Positions 41,432-52,901 are shown, counted from the first letter of the stretch. The stretch is 64,000 nt of DNA from an uncultured Acidobacteriota bacterium (GCA_963796275.1 CAWCKY010000002.1:704001-768000), one strand, 5' to 3'. A program made the numbers and translations. Notes: generated by a model from the sequence alone, not told the origin.

Positions 41432-42184
41432 TCAAGAGCGAGTTCTCGCATCGCCACCTTCGGGTCTAATGCTGAATACCTCGTGTCCTTCCGGATGCGG
41501 GACCAAAACGGATGGAGCGTCTTTGGGAAGTGATGGGACGAGCCAGCGAAATAGCGCTGTCGCGGCCGCCGCGCCCAGAAGCTGGGCGAGTATAAATCCG
41601 GGGACGTTTGCCGGCCGAATGCCTGCGAACGTATTGCTGGCGGCCCGCGCGAGCGTTACCGCGGGGTTGGCGAACGACGTGGATGAAGTGAACCAATAGG
41701 CGGCAGTGATGTAGGCGCCAACCGCAATGGGCACGGAATCCGGGCGTCGTCGCACACAGCCCCAGATGACGGACAATAGCCCGAATGTAGCTACGAACTC
41801 GCTGAAGAGTTGTGCTGCGCCCGACCTGTCGTGATGTGACGCAGAGAACACAGGCTCGCCGAACATCAGGTGCGCGACGGCTACTCCGAAGAAGGCGCCG
41901 ATCACCTGAGCGGTGACGTAGACCGGAACTTCTCGCCACGGAATCCCGCCCTGTGAGGCGTCAGCGATTGTGACGGCGGGGTTGAAATGCGCTCCTGAAA
42001 TTGGACCGAATGTCAGGATGAGTGTGACCAGTACGGCTCCGGTTGCCAGAGTGTTAGCAAGCAGTGCGATGGCGACGTTGCCGCCCGAGAGTCGGTCCCC
42101 CATAATCCCCGAGCCGATTACCGTTGCCAGTAACAGCGCCGTTCCCACCGCTTCGCCGACGCCGCGTCGAACTATATTCATCAT
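41432..42184 (-). CDS. MIP/aquaglyceroporin of the ars-operon type
   Basis: ISGAHFNPAVT and SFANPAVT; divergent from arsR copy 3. Confidence 0.92.
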   Translation of the reverse strand: MMNIVRRGVGEAVGTALLLATVIGSGIMGDRLSGGNVAIALLANTLATGAVLVTLILTFGPISGAHFNPAVTIADASQGGIPWREVPVYVTAQVIGAFFGVAVAHLMFGEPVFSASHHDRSGAAQLFSEFVATFGLLSVIWGCVRRRPDSVPIAVGAYITAAYWFTSSTSFANPAVTLARAASNTFAGIRPANVPGFILAQLLGAAAATALFRWLVPSLPKDAPSVLVPHPEGHEVFSIRPEGGDARTRS

Positions 42185-42309
42185 TCGGTTCTTTTTACCT
42201 CTTCTTTTTTACTTCTCCTTTACGCCTTCACGGGTAAGCCTGAGATCAATGTAGCGGTGAAATATATATTCGTCAAGACGAATGTGACTTATGGTATGAT
42301 ATCTGTGTT

Positions 42310-42593
42310 ATGAGCAGGGCTAATAGAAAATTCGGCCTTGAAAAACTCCTCGTTGCACTTTCCGATCGTAACCGCCTCCGTCTGATCAATCTGATGGGGG
42401 AGGATGAGGTCTGCGTGTGCTTCTTCGTAGAGATACTGAAGATGCCGCAGTCGAGGGTTTCCCGGCATCTCGCTTTTTTGCGCCGGGCGGGCATCGTGTC
42501 GGCCCGGCGAGAAGGCAAGTGGTTCCGCTACCGGATCGTCCCTCCTTCCGACGCACGCGCTGCTCGTATCTTTCATGATGTGCGTGAATATCT
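42310..42593 (+). pseudogene. arsR: ArsR copy 3, C-terminally truncated at a deletion junction
   Basis: Highly similar to copy 1 up to VREYL, then unrelated sequence. Confidence 0.82.
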
Positions 42594-42814
42594 TGTTCGG
42601 CACCACTTTCTACTCGCTGGTTGGACTGCACGCGACCCACGTGGTGATTGGATTGGTTCTCTTAACGCTGGTCCTGATCTTGAGCCTTCGAGGTCGGGTG
42701 AAGAGGGAGCATCACGAACACGTCGAGATGATCTCCTGGTACTGGCATTTTGTGGATGCGGTCTGGGTCGTCGTCTTCACTGTGGTTTATGTCATCAGCC
42801 GCCAAGCGGCATAA
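42590..42814 (+). pseudogene. cytochrome c oxidase subunit III, 3' fragment
   Basis: LFGTTFYSLVGLHATHV..G...WYWHFVDAVWVVVFTVVYV. Confidence 0.9.
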
Positions 42815-42820
42815 GTAAGA

Positions 42821-43414
42821 ATGGCACGCGAGAGGAATCGGATGAGTGCTCTTGATAAGATGCAAATCATCGCTCAGATATTAGGTTCTATGGCGTTATT
42901 CATCACACTGGTCATCAACTATCGGCAGATGCGAACGATGGCCGAGCAAGTTATGGAGGTGCGGCGGAGCACAAATGCGCAACAAATCCTCTCCCTGCTG
43001 AGCTTCATCGAGTCGGACGAGATGCGTGCGGCTTTGGTGGTCGTCTACACGACATTACATCGGAAGCATTTCAGTGAATGGACCGAAAGCGAGTTACAGG
43101 CCGCTTCCAGAATATGCGCCGGCTTCGCGACCGTTGGGGAGATTGTTAGATCGGGCCTGGTTCCAGTCGAGCCGCTGCTCCAAGGTTGGGAGCCGAGTCT
43201 CCGGCGGTGCTATCAGATATTGGAACCGTTCCTGCGGGAGATGCAGAAGCCGGAGAACGGTGGAGCGCAATATTGGATCGGGTTTGACTGGCTTCACGGT
43301 CAGCTCGATAGAGAAATGGCTATGGGGCGAAAGAAATTACGCCGCGACAGTCGCGGCTCTGATAATCAAGCAAAGCCCAAACATCGGACGGCGGAGGGGA
43401 ACAATGTCGGATGA
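42821..43414 (+). CDS. hypothetical protein with N-terminal membrane anchor (DUF4760-like)
   Basis: One TM segment, then a helical domain ending YW.GFDWL. Confidence 0.6.
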   Translation: MARERNRMSALDKMQIIAQILGSMALFITLVINYRQMRTMAEQVMEVRRSTNAQQILSLLSFIESDEMRAALVVVYTTLHRKHFSEWTESELQAASRICAGFATVGEIVRSGLVPVEPLLQGWEPSLRRCYQILEPFLREMQKPENGGAQYWIGFDWLHGQLDREMAMGRKKLRRDSRGSDNQAKPKHRTAEGNNVG

Positions 43415-44276
43415 AGAGAAGAGAGAACAATACCAGGGAATGATCATGCTGCCGGCGCCGACCGCCTGGCCGATGATCACCGCGTTAGGCATCACGATGC
43501 TCTGTGCGGGGTTGGTCACACACGTGGCGGTCAGTCTGGTCGGCCTGGTTCTGGCCCTGCGCGGCGCGGTGGGCTGGTTTCGGGAAGTCCTACCGGTGGA
43601 GAGGCATGAACTGGTACGCGTGCGCCCACAGACCGAACGAGCCCAGGCCGTCAAGGTCTCTCCGCGCACGACGACCCATCTCAGGGCCGGCGTAGCAGGA
43701 CACCGCGTACGGATCCCGGCGGAGATCCATCCGTATTCGTCCGGCATCAAGGGAGGCCTCCTCGGCGGAGCCGTGATGGCAATCGTGGCCTGCGCTTATG
43801 GCCTCATCGCTTACCACAGCGTGTGGTACCCGATCAACCTGCTGGCTGCGGCGGCGCTGCCTTCGATGACGTATGCCGATCTGGCGCAGTTGAAGGCCTT
43901 CAACGGTATGGCTTTCCTCGTAGCTTTGATCAGCCACGGGGTGATCTCGATTCTCGTCGGCCTGCTCTTTGCGGTGTTGCTACCGATGCTCCCATCACGC
44001 CGCGCGGCCTTCTGGGGCAGTTTTGCGGCCCCGCTCATTTGGTCGGCGCTGCTGTGGTCGACACTGAGGCTCGTCAACCCGGCGCTCGACGCTCGGATCG
44101 ACTGGGGTTGGTTCATTGCCTCACAGGTTGTCTTCGGTCTCGTGGCTGGTTATGTGGTCCATCACACGAAGACAGTGGAGACAATGCAGACCTGGCCGTT
44201 GGCGGCGAGGGCGGGGATAGAAGCCCCTGGCCTGTTGCAGGACAAGACGCAACCAGAGAAAGGAGAGGGGCAATGA
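43404..44276 (+). CDS. multi-pass membrane protein of the oxidase/bc1 cluster (subunit-IV-like N-terminus)
   Basis: LPAPTAWP, HPYSSGIKGGL.GG, WYPINLLAA; ATGA overlap with the next gene. Confidence 0.7.
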   Translation: MSDEEKREQYQGMIMLPAPTAWPMITALGITMLCAGLVTHVAVSLVGLVLALRGAVGWFREVLPVERHELVRVRPQTERAQAVKVSPRTTTHLRAGVAGHRVRIPAEIHPYSSGIKGGLLGGAVMAIVACAYGLIAYHSVWYPINLLAAAALPSMTYADLAQLKAFNGMAFLVALISHGVISILVGLLFAVLLPMLPSRRAAFWGSFAAPLIWSALLWSTLRLVNPALDARIDWGWFIASQVVFGLVAGYVVHHTKTVETMQTWPLAARAGIEAPGLLQDKTQPEKGEGQ

Positions 44277-45073
44277 ATACGAAGCGTTGCGCCGTTGCCG
44301 CGCTGGTGACACTGACCACCTTTGGCCTGGCCGCCATGGCTGGCCCTCTCTGTAGGATGCAGCCGGCTGCCCGGCAAGCCTAAAGAAGAGGAGCGATGGG
44401 TGGCGCCAGCCCAGGTCACGGATTTCAATCAGCTCTATGCGCAGAACTGCGCCGGTTGTCACGGCAGCGAAGGACGCTTTGGATCCGCGCGGCCGTTGAA
44501 CGATCCGCTCTACCTGGCTGTGGCCAACGCGGATGTGTTGCGCCAGGTCACCGCGAAAGGCGTGCCCGGCACCGCCATGCCGGCCTTTGCCAAACAAGCC
44601 GGGGGCAGTCTCACCGACAAGCAGATCGATGCGCTGGTCGAAGGGATGAGATCAAGATGGGGGCGCCCGAAGGATTTAAAGATGTGGCGCTTCCGCCCTA
44701 CAGCCTGCAAGATGCCATTACCAGTGGCTCAGGTCCTGGTGACCCACCGCGTGGAGCGGAGGTTTTCAGAGTTAACTGTGCCCGGTGTCATGGCGCGGAT
44801 GGCCGCGGCGGCGCGAATGGCGGCTCCGTCGTGGATCCGAACTTCCTGGCGCTCACGAGCAACCAGTCATTGCGCACGACGACGATCACCGGCAGACAGG
44901 ACCTCGGGAAGCCTGACTGGCGGGCTAACGTGCCTAACCAGCCGATGTCGCCGCAAGACATCTCCGATGTGGTGGCCTGGCTCGTAGCGCAGCGTGGAAA
45001 CAATCTCGCGTCGAAGCTTTTCCAAGCCAATGGTCGTGTTTCTTCGGTCGTCAAAAGCACTGACGAGCGTTAA
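44273..45073 (+). CDS. di-heme cytochrome c lipoprotein, two frameshifts
   Basis: CAGCH...MPAF and CARCH in successive frames; lipobox-like LSVGC. Confidence 0.82.
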
Positions 45074-45101
45074 ACGGAATAACAAGGAGGCGAAGTACAT
45101 C

Positions 45102-45666
45102 ATGGCTGTAAAAGAAACTGAATCGAAGTCGATAGTCATCAAAGAAGGCGAGGTTCGTCAGCCAGGCCACGCAGGGAGATCACGGCGCGCTTTCCTGTTC
45201 AGATTCGGCGCGGCTCTCAATGTGGTGGCCGCAACGCTGCTGGGCATTCCAGTCATCGGGTTTGTCTTCTCCAGTTTTCGCAGCAAAGGGCCGCACGAAT
45301 CGTGGATCACGTCTCGGCGCGCTCGATGGCTTCCCTGAAGGGCAGACGCGGCTGGCGACTTACCGCAACCCGTACACGCGACCCTGGGATGGGGCGACGG
45401 CCGACATCCCGTGCTGGGTGCGACGGATCGAGGGTGAGAAGTTTCAAGTATTCGCCATCAACTGCACTCATCTCGGCTGCCCGGTGCGCTGGTTCCAGGA
45501 TTCGCACCTGTTTATGTGCCCCTGTCACGGCGGCGCATTTTACGAGGATGGCTCACACGCATCGGGGCCGCCGCCGCGCGGACTGTATGAGTATCAGTAC
45601 AAGGTTGAGCGGGGCCAGCTCCTTGTGAGAGGCGGTATACTCCCGACGTTGTCCGAGCCGTTGTAG
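45102..45666 (+). CDS. Rieske Fe-S subunit of a bc complex, frameshift near 45312
   Basis: Tat motif SRRAFL; CTHLGC and CPCHG. Confidence 0.9.
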
Positions 45667-45687
45667 CACTCTCCCTAGGAGGATGAC

Positions 45688-47251
45688 ATGCTGAGAAAGA
45701 TCGCACTGTGGATTGACGAGCGGCTCTGCGTGAGTAAGCTCTACGCCTCGACCGCGGGGCACAGCGTCCCGGCCAATGCCGAGAGCTGGTTCTATGTCTT
45801 TGGCAGCGGAACGCTCCTCTGTTTCATCATCCAGGTTATCACGGGAACCTGTCTGGCATTCGTCTACGTCCCGTCTGCCAGCGAGGCCTACACCAGCCTG
45901 GAATACCTGAACTACCAGCAGTCGCTAGGCTGGCTCCTTCGCGCGATCCACAACTGGGGCTCCAACTTCATGGTCGGGATCATGATACTGCACATGACGC
46001 AGGTGTTTCTCTTCGGAGCCTTCAAGTATCCCCGCGAGATGACCTGGATCTCCGGCGTCATCCTGTTGCTATGCACGCTCGGGATGGCCTTCACGGGACA
46101 GGTCTTGCGCTTTGACCAGGACGCCTACTGGGGGCTGGGGATCGGGGCGGCAATGATGGGCCGTGTCCCAGTAATCGGGCCGAACCTGGTGCACCTGATG
46201 CTCGCCGGCCCGATCATCGCGGGCGAGACGCTCTCGCGCTTCTTCACGCTGCACGTCTTCATCATCCCCGGCACAATCATCGCGCTCGTCAGCCTGCACC
46301 TGCGCCTGGTGCTGACCAAAGGCATCAACGAATACCCGGTGCCCGGCAAGCCGGTCGAGAAAGAGACCTACGTGAAAGAGTACGAGACGTTGATCAAGAA
46401 AGATGGCGTGCCTTTCTTTCCCAAAGCGATCAGCAAAGACCTGGTCTTCAGCGGGCTTGTGATGCTGGGCATACTCGGCTGCGCGCTCTACTTCGGCCCC
46501 GAAGGCCCACACGGAGTGCCGGACCCGACGCAGATCAATACCGTTCCGAAACCGGATTTCTTCTTTCTGTGGCTATATGCGGTGTTGGCTCTGCTGCCGG
46601 AGTATCTGGAGACGATTTTGATCCTGACCGTCCCGGTGATTGCCATCGGATTGCTCTTCGCCTTGCCGTTTATTTCAGGCACGGGGGAAAAGAGCGCGCG
46701 GCGGCGGCCCGTAGCAGTGCTCAGCGTGATCATCATCTTCCTCGCGCTCGGCACATTCAATTACCTGGGCACTTATTCGCCGTGGTCTCCTAAGATGAGC
46801 GCGTGGAGCGGCGAGGCGACGCCGGTCAAATATGTCAAAGGGCGCTCGCCCTTAGAACGGCAAGGTGCGCTCGGTGTTACAAAGCAAACAATGCCGGAAT
46901 TGTCATAGCCTGGGCGGCAGTGGCGGCCTGCGTGGCCCGGCGCTCGACGGCGTTGCGACGCGACTGACCGGCGATCAATTGGTGCGGCAAGTGATTCAGG
47001 GCGGGGGCAATATGCCGGCATATGGCAAGAACCTGAGCCCGGCGGAGGTCACTGCACTAGTGGCGTTCATGCAGACTCTGCATGGGCCGAATGACTCTCC
47101 GGCCCGCGATATGACAGCTCCGGAGAGTCGGGCGAGAAGGAGAAAACGACCCCCGGTGTTGGGCGTTAATTCAATAACATTGCGCAGGATCTGTGGATCA
47201 CAACGCGGGAGTCTGGAGGGTAAATATGAATCTGAGCAACGAGGTTATTAA
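45688..47251 (+). CDS. cytochrome b with fused C-terminal cytochrome c, frameshift near 46870
   Basis: GWLLRAIHNW, LHM..VF..GAFK.PRE.TW.SG, RFFTLHVF, PDFF; CRNCH...MPAY in the next frame. Confidence 0.9.
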
Positions 47252-48233
47252 ACCAGAAACTGCTGCGGCGAGCAGTATCCCAATCGGCCTGGTGAGAGTG
47301 GACGATGGTAGTACCACCCCACATCCAGTGGCGGCCACGGCGAGACCGGTCAATCGACGTTCACGATTGGAAGTCTTCATCAGCCTCACCAAGCCCGAAG
47401 TCCTGTTTCTGGTCCTGATCGCCACCAGCCTCGGGTGTGTCATGGCTTCGGAGTCGCTCAACCTGCTCGCCCTGTTTCATGCCCTGATCGGGACCGCGCT
47501 CGTGGCGGGCGGGACGGCCGCCCTCAACCATTACATTGAGCGGGAGCCCGACGCCCAGATGCGCCGCACCGCCCGTCGTCCCTTACCATCCGGGCGATTA
47601 AAGCCGCAGGAAGCGCTCCTATTTGGAACGGGGCTGTCCCTCGCAGGCACAGCCTATCTGGCGTTGACGCTAAACCTCCTGACGAGTCTGATTGGGCTGG
47701 CGGCGCTCCTCAGTTACCTCCTGCTATATACCCCGCTCAAACGCCGCTCCCGCCTCTGCACGCTCATCGGTGCATTCCCCGGGGCTGCGCCGGTGTTGAT
47801 GGGTTGGACGGCAGTGCGCGGGGACCTGGCGCCTGAAGCCTGGGTCCTGTATGCCATCCTTTTCCTCTGGCAGTTCCCGCACTTTCTGGCTATCGGCTGG
47901 ATGTATCGGGAAGACTACGCGCGCGCTGGCATGCTGATGATCCCCGAAGTGGACGGGAGCGGCAGGGTGACCTTTGGCCTGATCCGACTCACGGCTCAGG
48001 CACTGGTCGTGGTGAGCTTCCTTCCCACAGTGATGGGGATGGCGGAGAGGGTTTATCTGTGCTCGGCTTTTCTGCTGGGACTGGGACTCTTATTCGTCGT
48101 CAATCGCGCCGCCGCTGAGAGGTCAGGGGCGGCGGCCAAGCACCTGCTTCACGCGACGGTGATTTATCTCCCGCTGCTTTTTCTCATCCTGGCAGTTTAC
48201 CGGACCGACCCGGTTGACGGTTGGCCAATATGA
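47226..48233 (+). CDS. cyoE: heme O synthase (protoheme IX farnesyltransferase)
   Basis: LTKP, N...E...D..MRRT..RPLPSG, YTPLKR, LWQFPHF.A......DY..AG. Confidence 0.95.
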   Translation: MNLSNEVIKPETAAASSIPIGLVRVDDGSTTPHPVAATARPVNRRSRLEVFISLTKPEVLFLVLIATSLGCVMASESLNLLALFHALIGTALVAGGTAALNHYIEREPDAQMRRTARRPLPSGRLKPQEALLFGTGLSLAGTAYLALTLNLLTSLIGLAALLSYLLLYTPLKRRSRLCTLIGAFPGAAPVLMGWTAVRGDLAPEAWVLYAILFLWQFPHFLAIGWMYREDYARAGMLMIPEVDGSGRVTFGLIRLTAQALVVVSFLPTVMGMAERVYLCSAFLLGLGLLFVVNRAAAERSGAAAKHLLHATVIYLPLLFLILAVYRTDPVDGWPI

Positions 48234-50623
48234 ATGCCAGGAAGTGTGATCCGATGAATCAAGTGGCGGAAGCAGTACTGAAGTCCATGGCAGTTCGACC
48301 CCTGGTCGCTCGCGCTGATACTCCTGACAGGCATCATCTATGCGTGCGGCTGGCGGAAATTGCGTCGACAGATGCCGCGGCGGTTCGACGCCTCGCGCCT
48401 GGCCGCTTTCCTGTCAGGGTTGGCGGTTATCGTCATCGCCATCGCCTCACCTCTCGATGCATTCGCGAACCTGTTACTCGTGGCGCATATGATTCAGCAC
48501 CTACTGCTGTTGATGGTTGCGCCGCCACTGATCCTTTACGGAGCGCCTTATCTGCCGATCTTGCGGGGCCTGCCGTCGCGCGTGTTGAAGCATGGCGCAG
48601 GGCCGTTTCTCGCTTCTCCCGGATTGCAGAAGTTTGGCCGCTGGCTGACGCATCCGCTGGTCTGCTGGCTCGGGTTTAGCCATCACGAGTTTGACGTGGC
48701 ATGCTGCCGAAGTTCTATGAACTGGCGCTGCGTTCGCCTTTCTGGCACGAAGTGGAGCACCTGTGCTTTCTCGGCGCGGCGCTGCTCTTCTGGTGGCCGG
48801 TGATTCAACCGTGGCCGAGCCAGCCGCAGTGGCCGCGCTGGGCGATGATCCCGTACTTGTTTCTCGCCGACTTTCAGAACACGGCCCTGGCGGCCTTTCT
48901 GATCTTCTGCGAACGCGTGGTTTATCCCAGCTATGCGGTCGCGCCGAGATTGCTCGAACCTCTCGCCGCTGGAGGACCAGGCTGCCGCTGGCGCAGTGAT
49001 GTGGGTTCCCGGCTCGGTGGTGTATCTCATCCCCATCGGGCTGATAGCCATCCAAGCGCTGAGTTCACGGCGGGCGTGTCCGCCCATCAAGCTGGCGCAA
49101 TGAATTACCTGTCATTCAACCCAGACGCTCTCCAACTTCTTTTTCCGCCGGTCGCCGGAAAAGTTGGGACCTCTTATCTGTTCCAATCATCGGAACGGCA
49201 CTCGGTTGGCCGCGATTTCGGCGGGTGGTCCAATCGGCCATGTTCGTCCTGGCGCTCCTCGTCATTGCCGATGGCCTGTTTGGCCATCAGATGAGTTCGA
49301 TGAACCTGGCGGGAGTGCTTCCGTGGACGCACTGGCGAGGGCTGGTGGTGATCTCCCTCCTGGTTGCCGGCAATTTCTTCTGTATGGCCTGCCCCTTCAC
49401 CCTGGCGCGCGATTACGGGCGGCGCTGGTTGCCCGCGCGTTGGCGCTGGCCGAAACGGCTGCGTTCCAAATGGCTCGCGGTCGGATTGCTGGCGATTTAC
49501 TTATGGGCCTATGAAGCGTTCAGTCTTTGGGACTAGCCCGTGGTGGACGGCGTGGATTGTGATCGGATATTTCAGCGCGTCGTTCTTGATTGACGGCCTG
49601 TTCCAGGGCGCGAGCTTCTGCAAATACGTCTGCCCCATCGGTCAGTTCAACTTTGTTCAGTCGCTCGTCTCGCCGCTCGAAGTGAAGGTTCGCAATCCGG
49701 ACATCTGCCGCACCTGCACGACCTACGACTGCATCCGCGGCAACGAGGCGCAGCGTGGCTGTGAGTTGGCGCTCTTCCAGCCGAAGAAGTCGGGGAACCT
49801 GGATTGCACTTTCTGCCTGGACTGCGTTCACGCCTGCCCGCATCAGAACGTGGGAATCATTGCCACCACGCCCGGCAGCCAACTCATTCATGACGGCTAC
49901 CGTTCCGCGCTCGGCCGTTTATCGCAGCGGACGGACGTGGCGGTGCTCGTGTTGTTGCTCGTCTTCGGAGCGTTTGTGAATGCCGCCGGGATGACTGGGG
50001 CAGTGGCGGAGCTGGAGCGTACGCTGCAGCTCCGCTTAGATCTTGAGTCAGTACTGCCCGTGACCTCAGCTCTTTTTGTGCTGGCTTTGCTCGTCGTGCC
50101 GTTATTACTGATGACATTGTGCAGCATCGTTTGGCGCGCGCTGTCCAGTGGTGGTGTGCGCTGGAAAGAGTTGTTCTGCAGCTTCGCGCTGGCGCTGGCG
50201 CCGTTGGGCTTCAGCATGTGGGTGGCACATCTGACATACCAATTTCTGACCGGCGCCGCCGTGATGATTCCGGTGTCGCAACGCGTGGCGATTGATCTTG
50301 GCAGTTCGCTGCTTGGCCACCCAAATTGGGCAGGCGCAGCGATGCTCTTACCGCTCGATTGGTTGCCGTCGCTGCAAATCTTGCTGCTCGACGGCGGGCT
50401 GTTGCTGACGCTATATGCCGGCTGGCGTGTGGCGCAACGGTTCTCGGCGCGCGGCAGAGGGACGCTGCGCTTGCTCGCACCGTGGGCCGGCCTGGCCGTG
50501 CTGCTTTACGCGGCAGGAGTGTGGATTGTGTTTCAACCGATGGAAATGCGTGGCCTGACGCCCGGAATGCAGGATTGCCCGATGTCGAGCCGAATGCCGG
50601 GGATGCAACATAGAGAACGATGA
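48230..50623 (+). CDS. CtaG (caa3 assembly) domain fused to a polyferredoxin membrane domain, about 5 frameshifts
   Basis: ASPLD...AHMIQHLLL...APPL, EH..F....LFWWPV, DQ..AG..MW; GNFFCMACP, FCKYVCP.G, CTFCLDCVHACP. Confidence 0.75.
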
Positions 50624-51233
50624 AGAAGCAGCAATTCAAGTTAATCGCCCAATTATGGCGCCGCAGTTTGTTGTTGGCGGTCGCACTGTTGGCGCTCGAT
50701 TTGCGAGCGCAGCATTTGGCGGAATCGTCGTACTACATCACGTAACCGACCTATTCGTCGTTACTATATTTACTGCGTCCGTCCCGCTGCGCGCTGGCCC
50801 GGTTGACATCAGCGTTTTGGTACAAGATCGCGCAAGCGGGCAGCCGGTGCTTGACGGAGAAGTGTTTATTAGGCTGCGCAGGGAAGGCGGGATGACTGTG
50901 GACGAGCGGGCGACGCGAGAAGTGGCGCAGAATATGCTCCTCTACTGTGCCCAGATGACTTTGCCTGAGGCAGGGCGCTGGGAGCTGGAGGCGACAATTA
51001 AACGAGGGAAGGAGGCAGCCAGCGTTCTTGGGCAAGTGTCGGCGGCAGCGCCTAGGCCGTTATTGCTCTCCTACTGGCGAAGTTTGTCGCTGCCGCCGGT
51101 TGTTATTGCGCTGTTCGCTTTGAACCAATGGTTAAAGCGGCGCGCGGCTCGTCAGGGTAAGACAGAAATATATCGTCACAAGGAACATCAAGATTTACTG
51201 GAACGAGAGAAAGTAGCTGGAGACCTGCATTGA
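50620..51233 (+). CDS. hypothetical FixH/YtkA-like accessory protein, frameshifted
   Basis: VTIFT..PLRAGPVDISVLVQD..., LPEAGRWEL; C-terminal TM segment. Confidence 0.6.
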
Positions 51234-51260
51234 TAAACTCGCAGACCGCTGCTTGCGCCT

Positions 51261-51935
51261 ATGGCCATACATCACGACATCTTATTGGTCCTCGCGCTGC
51301 AGTTCGCGATGATTCTGCTGTATATGCTGAGCCAGGAATTGAATGTCTCCTATCCGATTTTTCTGATGATCGGCGGGTTGTTGATCGGCATTCTTCCGGG
51401 CGTCCCGCGAACCGCACTCCATCCGGATATTGCCTTTCTTGACGCTGACCAACGGCGAGGCCTTCCCACACCGCAACCTGATCCTGTTCATTACCTTCAT
51501 CGTCATTCTCATCACGCTTGTCTTCCAGGGACTGTCGATGCCGCTTCTCATCCGATGGCTGAAGGTAAAAAAGATCATGATGAACACATTCCCGAAGAAC
51601 AACAGCTTGCAGAAATCCGCCTGCGAATGGCGAAATTGTCGCTGAACCATTTAAACTCGCGATACGCCAATGACGTCGTCGCCAACGCCAGGCTCAACGG
51701 CTTCTATAGATACCTTCAATCCATCGTCGGAAACGCGCAACTATCGTTGTCCGATGAGGCCCAGGCAAAAGAGTACGCGGAGATGAAAGAGCATTTCAAC
51801 CGCATCTATCGCGACCTGACTACCGAGCGTCGTAATGAATTGGAGCGGATCCGGAGAGAAAATGTCTATGACTCCGAGATCCTGCGCGAATACGAATACC
51901 TGCTCGATCTGGAAGAGGCGCGGATGAGAATCTGA
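51261..51935 (+). pseudogene. CPA1 Na+/H+ antiporter with a large internal deletion
   Basis: N-terminal VSYPIFLMIGGL...L.PD joined directly to AFPHRNLILFITF.VILITLV.QGL and the C-terminal ...LDLEEAR. Confidence 0.8.
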
Positions 51936-51938
51936 AGC

Positions 51939-52283
51939 TTGGAGCGAAAGAATCGGCTAACCAATATCTGCCCAAAATTAGCAATTGCTCAAATCGAGTA
52001 CAAACTACGGATGGAGCACGAATTCTCCTTGCAGGCGGAGCTCGATCCCGCGTGGGCCGGGCGGCATCTCGCCCTCATACAATATCAGGGTCGGACCCTG
52101 CTCCTGTTTGACGATCCTGGAGGAGAATCTCTCGATCTACTTCTCGCAGAGCCAATGGAGTTGAGACAGGTTTTGCGCTTGGCCATTGGCCTCGCTGAAG
52201 CACTCACCCAGTTACACGGACGCTGCGAAGTCCTGCCTGAATATGCTGAAAATCAGCAATTGCTGAAGTCGGGCACGAATTGA
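51939..52283 (+). pseudogene. N-terminal fragment of a Ser/Thr kinase-AAA-histidine kinase hybrid
   Basis: R.EHEFSL..ELD.AWA...L...GRTLL..DPGGE.LD.LL..PMEL...LRLAI..A.AL.QLH; ends before HKD. Confidence 0.7.
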
Positions 52284-52605
52284 GGCCGCAGGCCCTAGAG
52301 GATTCAACCATTTGCAGGCGGCACGGGACGTGCGTTTACAAGCGATGACACCTGTGAGATTGGGTTGAGTTTCACAGACCGGAGTACTGCTCTCCGACTG
52401 ATTGGCCGCATCCGATTCAATCAGTGCCTCGCGCCAACAAAGCCTCCGGACAGGAGAGTTGAACAGGAAGCGCAATCTGGTCTATTTCTCCTTCTCTCGC
52501 AGTTTCTAAGTTCCTGGGAAGACTGAGCGTGGCTTCTTGACTGACAAGAGGTGCACCAACAGAGGGGAAGCGATGACGAATGCGAAACAGCATTAAGCAG
52601 TATCC

Positions 52606-52901
52606 ATGAATAGGAATGTCGTATCCATTCGAGGTCGGATCAACATCGACAATTCAGGCGAGATGCGCCGCACACTCAGCAATGCCTTGCGCTCGAAGCC
52701 AGCGGAGGTGACGGTAGATATGTCTCAAGTAACCTATATTGACGTCTCGGGGTTGGCGACGCTGGTGGAGGCGGCTCGGACGCGCGTGAGCAAGGCACAC
52801 GAATGATCCTGGGAGGTATTCAAGGTCAGGCGCTTTACCTTCTCGAGATCACGCATCTCGATCAGCTCTTTGAGATTGAGAGACGGGAGGCAAGCTCGTG
52901 A
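52606..52901 (+). CDS. STAS-domain protein (MlaB/anti-anti-sigma-like), frameshifted
   Basis: VDMSQVTYIDVSGLATLV; shifted tail LLEITHLDQLFEI; GTGA overlap with mlaE. Confidence 0.8.

Noticed and set aside
44273-50623. Programmed frameshifting as the cause of the split genes
   Set aside because: I noticed no shared slippery motif; sequencing error or decay is simpler
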